Source: Bacteroidota bacterium (lineage in GTDB: Bacteria; Bacteroidota; Ignavibacteria; UBA10030; UBA8401). From it: a stretch of 64,000 nt of DNA. Positions 38,687 to 48,108 of this stretch are shown here, in pieces. Where the stretch lies: the NCBI GenBank assembly GCA_013361065.1, contig JABWAK010000003.1, positions 140 through 64,139 of the forward strand, in the 5' to 3' direction. The notes beneath the pieces are model-generated. The model ran no database searches, had not been told where the DNA came from, and saw nothing but the letters and a program-made list of their open reading frames with translations. Each line of letters starts with the position of its first letter. The stretch's first letter is position 1. Both the position numbers and the translations under genes were made by a program.

Positions 38687-39157
38687 TTAATTGTCGAAAT
38701 ACTGAGCTTCCTCGCTCCGGAAGATGTCGATGACCTCCTTGGGGGTGTGGGCATCGAGCAGCTTCTTGCGGAAATCCTCTTTGTTCATCAGACGGGAGAT
38801 GCGGCTGAGCAGTTTGATGTGCGGACCGACCATGCTGTCCTTGCCGATGAGCAGGAAGATGAGGTGGACCGGCTGTTCATCGAGCGATTCGTAATCGATC
38901 GCCTCTTCCGTGATGGCGAAGGCGGCAACGATATCCAGCACCGCATCGCACTTGCCGTGCGGGATGGCGAACCCGTTCCCGACGCCGGTGGACATGATCT
39001 TCTCGCGTTCGAAGATCGCCTCGCGGACCTTCTCAATGTCCGTGATCTTGTTGGAATGATTGACGATGGCGATCATCTCGTTGATGATCTCGTCCTTCGA
39101 TTTCCCTTTGAGCTTGACCCGTACGACTGATTCGTCTAAAATATCGCTGATCTTCAT
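38687..39157 (-). CDS. ptsN: PTS IIA-type nitrogen regulatory protein
   Basis: MKISDIL..., GNGFAIPHGK (phospho-His loop). The internal ATG at 39157 was chosen over 39250. Confidence 0.85.
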   Translation of the reverse strand: MKISDILDESVVRVKLKGKSKDEIINEMIAIVNHSNKITDIEKVREAIFEREKIMSTGVGNGFAIPHGKCDAVLDIVAAFAITEEAIDYESLDEQPVHLIFLLIGKDSMVGPHIKLLSRISRLMNKEDFRKKLLDAHTPKEVIDIFRSEEAQYFDN

Positions 39158-39246
39158 GATCTGGAGTTCTCCCAACGTTCTGACGGACACCGAGTGGAAC
39201 AGTGACCTCAATATACGATTTTCACCTGCGAAATGGAAACATTTAA

Positions 39247-41760
39247 TCAATCCCGCGTGTCACGCCATTCCACGATCTTCTCCTCGTACTGCGACACGAG
39301 GATCTCCGCCAGTTCATGGTCCGCCGATTCGGCATGGACGTGGAAGGTGGGGTATGCCCGGTCCGGCCACATGAGCACGGAGGTGGAGGCTTTCTGATCG
39401 AGGATGAGCTTCACGCCGTCCAGCAGGATGCGGTGCGGCTGATGGTCGGTGTCCTTCATCAGGTACCGCATCACGCGGCCCTTCTTGTCCCACGGGACAT
39501 GGACCGACTTCTTCTGCATGTGCAGGCGCGGCACCTGTTTATCCAGCTGACCGAACCGTGTGCCGGCGAGCGCGAGCATCTCGAGGATCTTCGCAACGGA
39601 GTACATGCCGTCGCTGGCGAAGAGGAAGTCGGTGAAGATGAATCCCCCTTTGGTGCCGCCGACGAACTTCACATCGTCCTTCGTCGCCGCTTCCATCAGG
39701 GAGAGGTGACTGTCCCGCGTCTTCAGCACTTCCACTCCCATGTGCTGGGCGATCAGGTCGATCTCCGCCGAGGCGGTGATCGGTACGGCGATCTTCTTCA
39801 CTTCTGGGTAGACGGTCAGGAAGAGGTGCGTCACGAGCGTGAGCAGCCGGTCCGTTTCGATGAACTTCCCGTTCTCGTCCACCACCAGGCAGCGTTCCGC
39901 GCCGGCATCCAGGATGAAGCCGACATCATAACCGAGTGAGGTGACGATGTGGGAGAGCTGGGCAACGTTCTGATCGACCTCCTCCTGCGTGCGCGTGATC
40001 TTCTTCGCATCCAGATAGGCGTTCTGCGAGAGCACCTGTGCATTGAAGGAGCCGATGATGTTCGGGAAGATGGAGGAGGCGATACCGCTGGAGTAATCGA
40101 CGACCAGTTTGAACTTGGACTGGGTGATCGCTTCCACATTCAGCGTGGAGAGGAAGTTCTGGATGTAGCTCTCCTGGGCCCGTTCCGGGAAACTGACACC
40201 GCCGACATCGTCCTGTTTGGCACGCGGGAAATCCTCCCCGAAGAAGAGCCGCTCCAGCGATTTCGTCTTGCTGGTCGGGAGGTCCTTCCCTTTGTGATCG
40301 AAGAAGATGATGTCGGTCAGGTTCTTGTCGAACGGCGATTTGCGCACATGGATGCCGCCGGCATGCTTCCCGGCGCGCAGCTCCTGGCGGAGGATGGGGA
40401 TGGAGACCGCCCGCAGATCACCGGCATCCACACCGGCGGACATCAGTCCGCACATGATGGCGCGGCCCATCATCCGCGAGACGTTATCCGAATCGCGGCT
40501 CATCAGGATGGTCTTCCCTTTGCCGACGAGTCCCCCGAATGCCGCGCCGATCTTCGCGCCGAACTCCGGGTTCATTTCGATGTTGGAGAGACCGGTGATG
40601 CGCGCATCGGTGAAGAGGTCCTTCAGCCATTTGTCCTCCCACACCAGGGAACGGGTCAGCACCGCACCGTCCTCCACTTCCTTCTCCGGCCACAGTTTGA
40701 TGTTCGGGGCGAGGCGGGCCTCCTTGCCGATGAGACACTTGTCCGAGATGTACACATTGTCGCTGATCACCGCATGGTCGCCGATGGTGCACCATTTGGC
40801 CACCACGCAGCTCGTCAGTTCGGCGCCTTTGCCGATCTTCGTGTCGGACCAGATCACGGAGTTCCGGATCACCGCACCGTCCTCGATGACGCAGTCGTTG
40901 CCGATCACCGATTTGATGATCCGCACGTTCCGTCCGATGCGGCAGTTGCGTCCCACCAGCACCGTTCCCTGGATGTTCTCCGGTGCGGTATCGATGACGG
41001 AGTTCGGACCGACGTACGCGCTGCCGACGACCGTCCCTTCATGCTGCAGTTTCACACCGTCATCGAGTGCATCCAGATGTGCTTCCTGGTACTCGTTCAG
41101 ATTCCCCACATCGCGCCAGTATCCTTCGGCGATGTATCCGTAGAGTCCCATATCCTGCTCGAGCATGGCGGGGAAGAGGTTCTTGCTGAAGTCGAACTCC
41201 TTCTGGTACGGGATCAGCTTCAGCACTTCCGGTTCGATGATGTAGATACCGGTGTTGATGGTATCGCTGAACACCTCGCCCCACGACGGTTTCTCCAGGA
41301 AGCGGGTGATCTTTCCGCCGCTGTCCGTGATCACCACGCCGAACGCCAGCGGGTTGGTGGCGCGCGTCAGCACCAGTGTCGCTTTCGCTTTCTTCTCCTC
41401 ATGGAACTGGATCGCTTTGGTCAGATCGAAATCGGTCAGCACATCGCCGCTGATGATGATGAAGCGCTCATCGAGGAAGTCGGCTGCATTGCGTACGCTG
41501 CCGGCGGTCCCGTAATCCGCTTCCGCCTTCCGGTACTGCATCCGGATGCCGAACTTCTGACCGTCCCCGAAGTATCCGGTGATGATATCAGGCTGATAGA
41601 ACAGGGTGGAGACGATGTCCGTGATGCCATGGCGTTTCAGCAGGTCGACGATGTGCTGCATCATCGGCTTGTTCATCATCGGGACCATCGGTTTGGGGAT
41701 ATTGCAGGTGAGGGGACGGAGACGGGTGCCGAATCCGCCGGACATGATGACTGCTTTCAT
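39247..41760 (-). CDS. Bifunctional-type sugar-phosphate nucleotidyltransferase / phosphohexomutase-like protein
   Basis: 837 aa from the ATG at 41760. MKAVIMSGGFGTRLRPLT NTP-transferase motif, a left-handed beta-helix hexapeptide region, then PGM/PMM-like domains. Confidence 0.8.
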   Translation of the reverse strand: MKAVIMSGGFGTRLRPLTCNIPKPMVPMMNKPMMQHIVDLLKRHGITDIVSTLFYQPDIITGYFGDGQKFGIRMQYRKAEADYGTAGSVRNAADFLDERFIIISGDVLTDFDLTKAIQFHEEKKAKATLVLTRATNPLAFGVVITDSGGKITRFLEKPSWGEVFSDTINTGIYIIEPEVLKLIPYQKEFDFSKNLFPAMLEQDMGLYGYIAEGYWRDVGNLNEYQEAHLDALDDGVKLQHEGTVVGSAYVGPNSVIDTAPENIQGTVLVGRNCRIGRNVRIIKSVIGNDCVIEDGAVIRNSVIWSDTKIGKGAELTSCVVAKWCTIGDHAVISDNVYISDKCLIGKEARLAPNIKLWPEKEVEDGAVLTRSLVWEDKWLKDLFTDARITGLSNIEMNPEFGAKIGAAFGGLVGKGKTILMSRDSDNVSRMMGRAIMCGLMSAGVDAGDLRAVSIPILRQELRAGKHAGGIHVRKSPFDKNLTDIIFFDHKGKDLPTSKTKSLERLFFGEDFPRAKQDDVGGVSFPERAQESYIQNFLSTLNVEAITQSKFKLVVDYSSGIASSIFPNIIGSFNAQVLSQNAYLDAKKITRTQEEVDQNVAQLSHIVTSLGYDVGFILDAGAERCLVVDENGKFIETDRLLTLVTHLFLTVYPEVKKIAVPITASAEIDLIAQHMGVEVLKTRDSHLSLMEAATKDDVKFVGGTKGGFIFTDFLFASDGMYSVAKILEMLALAGTRFGQLDKQVPRLHMQKKSVHVPWDKKGRVMRYLMKDTDHQPHRILLDGVKLILDQKASTSVLMWPDRAYPTFHVHAESADHELAEILVSQYEEKIVEWRDTRD

Positions 41761-41895
41761 AGGGATACTCGGTTGGTCGTGGATGGGGAAAACCTCTTCA
41801 GAGTGTAGGTAAAAATTGAAATCAGTGCAACATCTATTTTGACTGCAAAAATGACACACTTCCGGGTCCGGACAGAAGAACAGCACGCTCGCGCA

Positions 41896-41924
41896 TTGAC
41901 TTTCGGATGAAATTTCGGTAAATT
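41896..41924 (+). promoter_or_regulatory. Sigma-70-like promoter candidate (TTGACT-17 nt-TAAATT)
   Basis: TTGACT at 41896-41901 and TAAATT at 41919-41924, 43 nt upstream of the ATG at 41967. This is sequence resemblance only, and FCB-group promoters may follow a different consensus. Confidence 0.25.
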
Positions 41925-41966
41925 CACCAAGTTTTTTGCGGTTTCTCAACGTTCAAGGACCCATGA

Positions 41967-43907
41967 ATGCCGGATACTGTACGGAGCCGTTCCCGATCTA
42001 ATACGCTGCATCGGTTATTAGACGAGATGGTGCTCGCCGGTGCCGGAGTCCTGTTCGTCATTCTTGGTATCTTCAGCATCGTGCCGTTGACCAGCATTGC
42101 ATCCGTTGGCATCGGCGCTTTTCTTTTCTACACTGCGTATTCGGTCTACCGCGGCAAACACCTCCGGGAGAGCGCTCCGAACTTCGATGTGGCCGATCCA
42201 CCGTCCGATGACGAACCGTACCGTCATGCGCCGGCCGTTGCAGTGGACGAAGAAGAGGAAGCATGGGTGAGGGAACGGGAGGAAGAGAAGGACCGCTGGG
42301 AGGAACCGTTCGTTCCGGTGACGGCACAGCCGCAGCCGCAGCGACGCAGTGAACCGGTCAAAGAGACCGTCACCGTCCCGGCGGCAGAGTATTTCGAGGA
42401 GATCCAACGACCCGCGATGGGACACGCCGAACCACAGAGTGAATTCAATACGCTGCTCCTGAAAGCGCTGCAGATCGTGAAAGAGGTCTGCTTTGCGCAT
42501 TCCGTCACCTTCTTCTGGGTGAAGACGGAGACGCGGCAGCTGGTGCTGGAAGCGAAAGTGAGCGACTCGGATGCGTTCACGCCGGAGCGGAAACTGCCGC
42601 TTGGTTCCGATCTCATCAGCCGGATCGGTGTGAACGGTCAGCCGCAGGTGGTGAACAACATCCTGCCCGAGACCGAGCGTGACATCCTCTGCTATTACAA
42701 GAACTTACAGGAGATCCGTTCCTTCATCGGCGTGCCGGTCTTCTATGCCGGCGACCAGTCCCGTCAGCCGATCGCGGTGCTGGCGGCGGACAGCAAAGCG
42801 CCCGATGCATATGGCGAGGAGACATTCGCCATCCTGTCGCATGTCTCCCGGCTGATCTCCTCCATGCTCATCAGCTACACGGAGAAGTACGATCTCTTCG
42901 CCGATGTGAAGCTGATCGAAGCGGGGATGAAACTGAAGAAGCGCACTGCGGACCATCCGCCGATCACAGCAGTGGTGAATGCGCTCTCCGAGGAGCTCGA
43001 GAATCTGGTCCCGTGGGAATCGATCACGGTGGTGCTCTATGACGATGCGCAGCGGGAATGGGCCGTGGCATCGGTGCGGGTGCGGGGCAATGACCGTTTC
43101 GTCTCGCCCAAGCAACTGGTCGATGTAGAGAACAGCGTCGTCGGACGCTGCATCCGGTCGAACAGTGTGCAGTCGGTCGACCTGACGAAGAACAAGGAGA
43201 TGCTCTTCAACGACCATGAGCGTTCCTCCGATGTGCTGAAGAACGGGACGATGGTCGTCGTGCCGGTCTCGTCCGGCGGCAAAGGATTCGGCGCGGTAGC
43301 GGTGACGGAACGGCGTCCGAATGCCTATTCCAAGAAGGATGTGGCGGCGATGCAGTTCCTGGCCTCCATCATCGCTCCGGAATTCGAGATCACAGAACTG
43401 AATACGATCCTGAACGAGCATATCGCGCAGGACGAACTGACCGGCACGCTCACGCGGAAGTTCTTCGCGGCGCGGCTGGAAGAGGAATTGTACCGCGCCA
43501 CGGAGCGTGAGGAGGACCTGAGTCTGGTCTTCGTCACCGTGCACAATCTGCCCGATGTGCAGCAGCGGTACGGCGATGACGGCCGCGATGCGGCGCTCGT
43601 CCATGTGGCCCGGCATCTGCGTGCCAGCGTCCGCCCGTACGATGCGGTGGGACGGTACGACGCGACCACATTCACGGTCGCCCTGGCGGACACGATCGCC
43701 AACGATGCCTATCTCTGGGCGGAGAAGCTCCGCACCGCGATCGCCGGCAGCATCGTTGCGGCGGGCCGGAAGAGTTTCTCCATCACCGTCACCATCGGCA
43801 TCAGCGGCGCATCCGCGAAGATGACCGGTGCGGAACTGGTGAAGAACGCGTCGCATGTGCTGGAGCTGGCGAAGAAGGCGGGCGGCAATATCGTACGGGT
43901 ATTCTAA
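41967..43907 (+). CDS. Membrane-anchored GAF-domain protein with a degenerate GGDEF domain
   Basis: 646 aa. N-terminal TM helices, two GAF-like regions, and a C-terminal GGDEF fold with DATTF in place of GGDEF (43659-43673). RPYD is retained at the I-site position (43632-43643). Confidence 0.8.
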   Translation: MPDTVRSRSRSNTLHRLLDEMVLAGAGVLFVILGIFSIVPLTSIASVGIGAFLFYTAYSVYRGKHLRESAPNFDVADPPSDDEPYRHAPAVAVDEEEEAWVREREEEKDRWEEPFVPVTAQPQPQRRSEPVKETVTVPAAEYFEEIQRPAMGHAEPQSEFNTLLLKALQIVKEVCFAHSVTFFWVKTETRQLVLEAKVSDSDAFTPERKLPLGSDLISRIGVNGQPQVVNNILPETERDILCYYKNLQEIRSFIGVPVFYAGDQSRQPIAVLAADSKAPDAYGEETFAILSHVSRLISSMLISYTEKYDLFADVKLIEAGMKLKKRTADHPPITAVVNALSEELENLVPWESITVVLYDDAQREWAVASVRVRGNDRFVSPKQLVDVENSVVGRCIRSNSVQSVDLTKNKEMLFNDHERSSDVLKNGTMVVVPVSSGGKGFGAVAVTERRPNAYSKKDVAAMQFLASIIAPEFEITELNTILNEHIAQDELTGTLTRKFFAARLEEELYRATEREEDLSLVFVTVHNLPDVQQRYGDDGRDAALVHVARHLRASVRPYDAVGRYDATTFTVALADTIANDAYLWAEKLRTAIAGSIVAAGRKSFSITVTIGISGASAKMTGAELVKNASHVLELAKKAGGNIVRVF

Positions 43908-45091
43908 TGGCGAAGAACGGTTCGGTCATCTGTATCGTGCTGGACGGTGTCGGTATCGGCGCCGCGCCGGATGCACACCTCTATCATGATGAGCAGGCCA
44001 ACACGCTCGGCAACACGGCGGCTACCACCGGCGGTCTCGTCATGCCGAACATGGCGGCGCTCGGTCTCGGCACCATCGCTCCGATCCAGGGGGTCCCGGC
44101 GCAGCGTCCGTCGCGCGGGAACGCCGGACGGATGCGCGAGGTTTCCAAAGGAAAGGACAGCACGACCGGACACTGGGAATTCTCCGGTATCATCATGGAG
44201 AACGATTTCCCGTACTATCCGGCCGGATTCCCGAAGGATGTGGTGGAGAAGTTCTGCCGTCTCACCGGCTGCGGAGGGATCCTCGGCAATTCGGCAGCCT
44301 CCGGCACGGTGATCATCGATCAGCTCGGCGAGGAGCATGCCCGGACCGGGTATCCGATCGTCTATACCTCGGCCGATTCCGTCTTCCAGATCGCCGCGAA
44401 CGAAGCGGTGATCCCGCTGGAGCGGCTGTACGAACTCTGCACCATCGCGCGCGAACAAGTGATGGTGGGACCGCACGCGGTCGGCCGCGTGATCGCCCGC
44501 CCGTTCATCGGCACGAAGGGGAACTACAAGCGGACGACCAACCGCCGCGATTTCTCGCTCTTCCCGCCGGCGGTGACGGTGCTGGACCTGCTGCAGGAAC
44601 GGAACATCCCGACCATCGGCATCGGCAAGATCGATGACCTGTTCGCCGGGAAAGGACTCAGCGAGAAGATCCACACGAAATCGAATGCGGAGGGGATCGA
44701 GGAGACCATCGCCTGGACGAAGCGGACGAAGAGCGGATTCATCTTCACGAATCTGGTCGACTTCGATGCACTCTTCGGCCACCGGCAGGATGCGCCCGGC
44801 ATGAAAGGGGCACTCGAATATTTCGATACGCAGCTTCCGCGGATCATCGATGCGATGAAACCGGAGGACCTGCTGATCATCACGGCGGACCACGGCAACG
44901 ATCCGACCGACAACAGCACGGACCACTCACGGGAATACGTTCCGCTGGTGGTGTTCTCCCCGTCCGGTAAGCAGAATGTGGACCTCGGCATCCGCCAGAC
45001 GTTCGCGGACCTGGGGAAGACCGTGGCGGAGTACTTCGGCGCGGTGCCGAACGTGCTCAAAGGGACGAGTTTCCTCGACCAGGTGATGTGA
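43907..45091 (+). CDS. deoB: Phosphopentomutase
   Basis: 394 aa. VLDGVGIG, TGHWE, TADHGNDPT. TAATG overlap with the upstream gene. Confidence 0.93.
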   Translation: MAKNGSVICIVLDGVGIGAAPDAHLYHDEQANTLGNTAATTGGLVMPNMAALGLGTIAPIQGVPAQRPSRGNAGRMREVSKGKDSTTGHWEFSGIIMENDFPYYPAGFPKDVVEKFCRLTGCGGILGNSAASGTVIIDQLGEEHARTGYPIVYTSADSVFQIAANEAVIPLERLYELCTIAREQVMVGPHAVGRVIARPFIGTKGNYKRTTNRRDFSLFPPAVTVLDLLQERNIPTIGIGKIDDLFAGKGLSEKIHTKSNAEGIEETIAWTKRTKSGFIFTNLVDFDALFGHRQDAPGMKGALEYFDTQLPRIIDAMKPEDLLIITADHGNDPTDNSTDHSREYVPLVVFSPSGKQNVDLGIRQTFADLGKTVAEYFGAVPNVLKGTSFLDQVM

Positions 45092-45095
45092 CCGG

Positions 45096-45395
45096 ATGGA
45101 GAAGGCGAAACACAGCGTGCGGTTCGAAGCGGAAGTGGACGGCCAGGGACGCATCACGTTCTCCACTCCGGTACCGGAGCTGGGACTGCGGCCCGGAGCG
45201 AAAGTGACGGTGAATATCGTCGGCGGAGTGCTCTCGCGCCGGCTGACCGCACTGGGTGTGACGGAAGAGGAGATCGGGCGGATCGGGGATGTTCAGCTGG
45301 AGGACCGGGACCATGTGATCTCCTTCCTCTCCTCCCAGGGAGCACTGAAGAAGAACAAACGGTTCTCGGCAGCGGTCCGGCGGGGCCGGTCATGA
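45096..45395 (+). CDS. AbrB/SpoVT-fold antitoxin (VapB-like)
   Basis: 99 aa. VDGQGRITFSTPVPELGLRPGAKVTV matches the swapped-hairpin AbrB/MazE motif. Its stop overlaps the PIN gene start (ATGA). Confidence 0.7.
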   Translation: MEKAKHSVRFEAEVDGQGRITFSTPVPELGLRPGAKVTVNIVGGVLSRRLTALGVTEEEIGRIGDVQLEDRDHVISFLSSQGALKKNKRFSAAVRRGRS

Positions 45396-45805
45396 AGGTG
45401 CAGAAGGTCGTCGTTGATTCCGATATTATAATAGAGCATCTCACGACGGACCGGACACGCTCATATTTGCGGGTGCTTTCGGCCCGGTTCTTCTGTTATA
45501 CGACGATTTTCACGGCCATTGAACTTTTTGCCGCGGCACGCGGTCTAAAGGAGACACGGGCGGTACAGCAGGCGATGGATGCACTGAAGGTGATCAGCAT
45601 CAATCCGAAGAGTGCCAAGAATATCGCCCGCGTCGTTTCGTCCTCTGATACACAGGATATGACCGCCCTGACCGTGGCGGTCTGTCTGGAGAGCGGTCTT
45701 CCGCTGGCCACACTGCGGCCGCAGCGGTACACACGATTCAAGTCTCTGCAGGTGATCGACCTGCGGAGCATAATCCACGAGGAGCGGCGGACGCTTCTTG
45801 CATAG
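45392..45805 (+). CDS. PIN-domain toxin (VapC-like)
   Basis: 137 aa. N-terminal VVDSDIIIEHL acidic motif, a conserved E in TAIELF, and size and operon context typical of VapC. Confidence 0.7.
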   Translation: MKVQKVVVDSDIIIEHLTTDRTRSYLRVLSARFFCYTTIFTAIELFAAARGLKETRAVQQAMDALKVISINPKSAKNIARVVSSSDTQDMTALTVAVCLESGLPLATLRPQRYTRFKSLQVIDLRSIIHEERRTLLA

Positions 45806-45838
45806 GTCCACACGTTCCACATCTAAGGTGAAGCAGTA

Positions 45839-46696
45839 ATGGTGAAAATTACAAAACAATACACGAACAGAGAGAGCCAGTCGCTGGACAAGTATCTGCA
45901 GGAGATCGGAAAGGTCGACCTGCTGACGCCGGACGAAGAGATCGATCTTGCCAAGCGGATCAAGAAGGGGGAGCAGCGTGCACTGGAGAAACTGACCAAG
46001 GCGAACCTCCGCTTCGTGGTGAGTGTCGCGAAACAGTACCAGAACCAGGGACTCTCCCTCGGCGACCTGATCAACGAGGGGAACCTCGGTCTGATCAAAG
46101 CGGCCAAACGGTTCGATGAGACCCGCGGATTCAAGTTCATCTCGTACGCGGTGTGGTGGATCCGTCAGTCCATCCTGCAGGCGCTCGCCGAGCAGTCCCG
46201 TATCGTACGTCTGCCGCTCAACCGCGTCGGTGCGCTGAACAAGATCGGCAAGGCCTTCAGCCAGCTGGAGCAGGAGTTCGAACGTGAACCGAGCGCCAGC
46301 GAGCTGGCGGAGGAACTCGATATGTCCGTCTTCGAAGTGGCGGACACGCTGAAGATCTCCGGCCGCCATCTCTCCGTCGATGCGCCGTTCGCGCAGGGCG
46401 AGGACAACCGTCTGCTCGATGTGATCCAGGACGAGCGTCAGCCGGCACCGGATTCCATCCTGATGGATGAGTCGCTGAAGGAGGAAGTGAAACGCGCGCT
46501 GGCCACACTGAGCGAGCGTGAATCGGAAGTGATCCGTCTCTATTTCGGTCTGCACAAGGAGCATTCACTGACGCTGGAGGAGATCGGCGAGAAGTTCAAT
46601 CTGACCCGCGAGCGCGTCCGCCAGATCAAGGAGAAGGCGATCCGCCGTCTGCGGCATGCATCACGCAGCAAGAACCTCCGTTCGTATCTTGGTTGA
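45839..46696 (+). CDS. rpoD: Primary-type RNA polymerase sigma-70 factor (short FCB-type SigA)
   Basis: 285 aa. Region 2 ([26 protein letters not shown]), region 3, and region 4 ([19 protein letters not shown]). Confidence 0.92.
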   Translation: MVKITKQYTNRESQSLDKYLQEIGKVDLLTPDEEIDLAKRIKKGEQRALEKLTKANLRFVVSVAKQYQNQGLSLGDLINEGNLGLIKAAKRFDETRGFKFISYAVWWIRQSILQALAEQSRIVRLPLNRVGALNKIGKAFSQLEQEFEREPSASELAEELDMSVFEVADTLKISGRHLSVDAPFAQGEDNRLLDVIQDERQPAPDSILMDESLKEEVKRALATLSERESEVIRLYFGLHKEHSLTLEEIGEKFNLTRERVRQIKEKAIRRLRHASRSKNLRSYLG

Positions 46697-46699
46697 CCG

Positions 46700-47407
46700 A
46701 TGATGGACCTCCGTCACCGTAAGCCCCTTCCAGTACTACGAGGGGGCTTTTTATTTCTTACGGCATTCCTGGCGATCTGGCTGATCGGCTGCGGTGCATC
46801 ATCACCCCGGTTCGCCGGGGATGGCGAGACGAAGAAGGAAGGGAAGAAAGCGAAAAAGGGGAACATCCGGTTCTCCTCCAAAGAGGCGGAAGAGGAGGCG
46901 AAAGAGGATGACCGTAAGGTGGATGTGAAGAGTGTGGAGCAGCGGTTCAGCAGCGCGGCCGCCTCCACGGTCCCGCCGCAGCCGAAACGGACCGCACCAG
47001 ATGCAGCAGCGCCAGAGTCTGCACCCTCCGGAGCATTCGAGCAGCAGAAGATGATGGATGCGATCCTGGCGTGGATGGGAACACCGTACGAGTACGGTGG
47101 GGAATCACGGAGCGGCATCGACTGTTCGGCGTTCTCTCGCGAGATCTTCCGGAACAGCGCCGGCATCACCCTGCCCCGCACCACGGAGGAACAGGTGAAA
47201 CTCGGTGCACCGGTCGCCAAGGAGGAACTGAAGTTCGGCGATCTGCTCTTCTTCAACACCTCCGGCAAGAATCCGTCCCATGTCGGCATCTACATCGGGG
47301 ACGATATGTTCGCTCATGCGAGCGTGAGTTTCGGGGTGACGCTGTCATCGCTCTACTCGTCCTACTATAAAAAGCGATACACCGAAGCGAGAAGGGTCAT
47401 TCAGTAA
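46700..47407 (+). CDS. NlpC/P60 (C40) family peptidoglycan peptidase lipoprotein
   Basis: Lipobox-like IWLIGC, catalytic GIDCSAF and HVGIYIGDDMFAHAS. Confidence 0.85.
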   Translation: MMDLRHRKPLPVLRGGFLFLTAFLAIWLIGCGASSPRFAGDGETKKEGKKAKKGNIRFSSKEAEEEAKEDDRKVDVKSVEQRFSSAAASTVPPQPKRTAPDAAAPESAPSGAFEQQKMMDAILAWMGTPYEYGGESRSGIDCSAFSREIFRNSAGITLPRTTEEQVKLGAPVAKEELKFGDLLFFNTSGKNPSHVGIYIGDDMFAHASVSFGVTLSSLYSSYYKKRYTEARRVIQ

Positions 47408-47416
47408 GATAACGAG

Positions 47417-47456
47417 GAATTGATTCATTGAATCAATGATCCATTGATTCAATTTC
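47417..47456. repeat. AT-rich CATTGA-family intergenic repeat, copy 3
   Basis: Palindrome attgattca-t-tgaatcaat at 47419-47437. The 15-mer tcaatgatccattga at 47433-47447 is identical to 31178-31192. Confidence 0.85.
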
Positions 47457-47535
47457 TCGTAAGAGGAGTACATCAATAGATCAGCAATGAGAAGAGCTTT
47501 GAGAAGCATACTATAAATCCAATAGAATAAAGCGT

Positions 47536-48108
47536 ATGTCTACTTTACCCATCTATCTGTACGGCAATGAAGTGCTGAAGAAGAAAGCGAAGCACGTCAC
47601 CGAAGTGACCGACCGTGAGATCACGCTCATCCGCGACATGTTCGAGACGATGGCCGAGTCCAGCGGCATCGGCCTGGCCGCCAATCAGGTCGGCGAACTG
47701 AAACAGATCCTGGTGCTCGATATCTCGGATATGGAAGCGGGGAAGGGGACGAAGCCGCTCGCCATGATCAATCCCGAGATCATCGATGAGGAGGGGGAAT
47801 GGGAGATGGAGGAAGGCTGCCTGAGCATCCCGGATGTGCGGGAGAAAGTGAAGCGTCCGGAGAGGATCCAGGTGCGCTTCAACGATGTGAACATGAACGA
47901 AGTGGAGATGGAAGCGGACGGGATGCTGGCGCGCGTCATCCAGCATGAGATGGACCACCTGAACGGCGTCCTCTTCCTGGACCATCTCAGCTCCACCAAA
48001 CGGACGCTCCTCCGTTCGCGCCTGAAGAAGATCATGAAGGGCGACGTCGAGACCACGTATGACGTCGTTGTGGCTGCAGAACCGAAATCCAAACCGAAGA
48101 AACGCTGA
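47536..48108 (+). CDS. def: Peptide deformylase
   Basis: GIGLAANQ, EGCLS and HEMDH motifs. Confidence 0.96.
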   Translation: MSTLPIYLYGNEVLKKKAKHVTEVTDREITLIRDMFETMAESSGIGLAANQVGELKQILVLDISDMEAGKGTKPLAMINPEIIDEEGEWEMEEGCLSIPDVREKVKRPERIQVRFNDVNMNEVEMEADGMLARVIQHEMDHLNGVLFLDHLSSTKRTLLRSRLKKIMKGDVETTYDVVVAAEPKSKPKKR

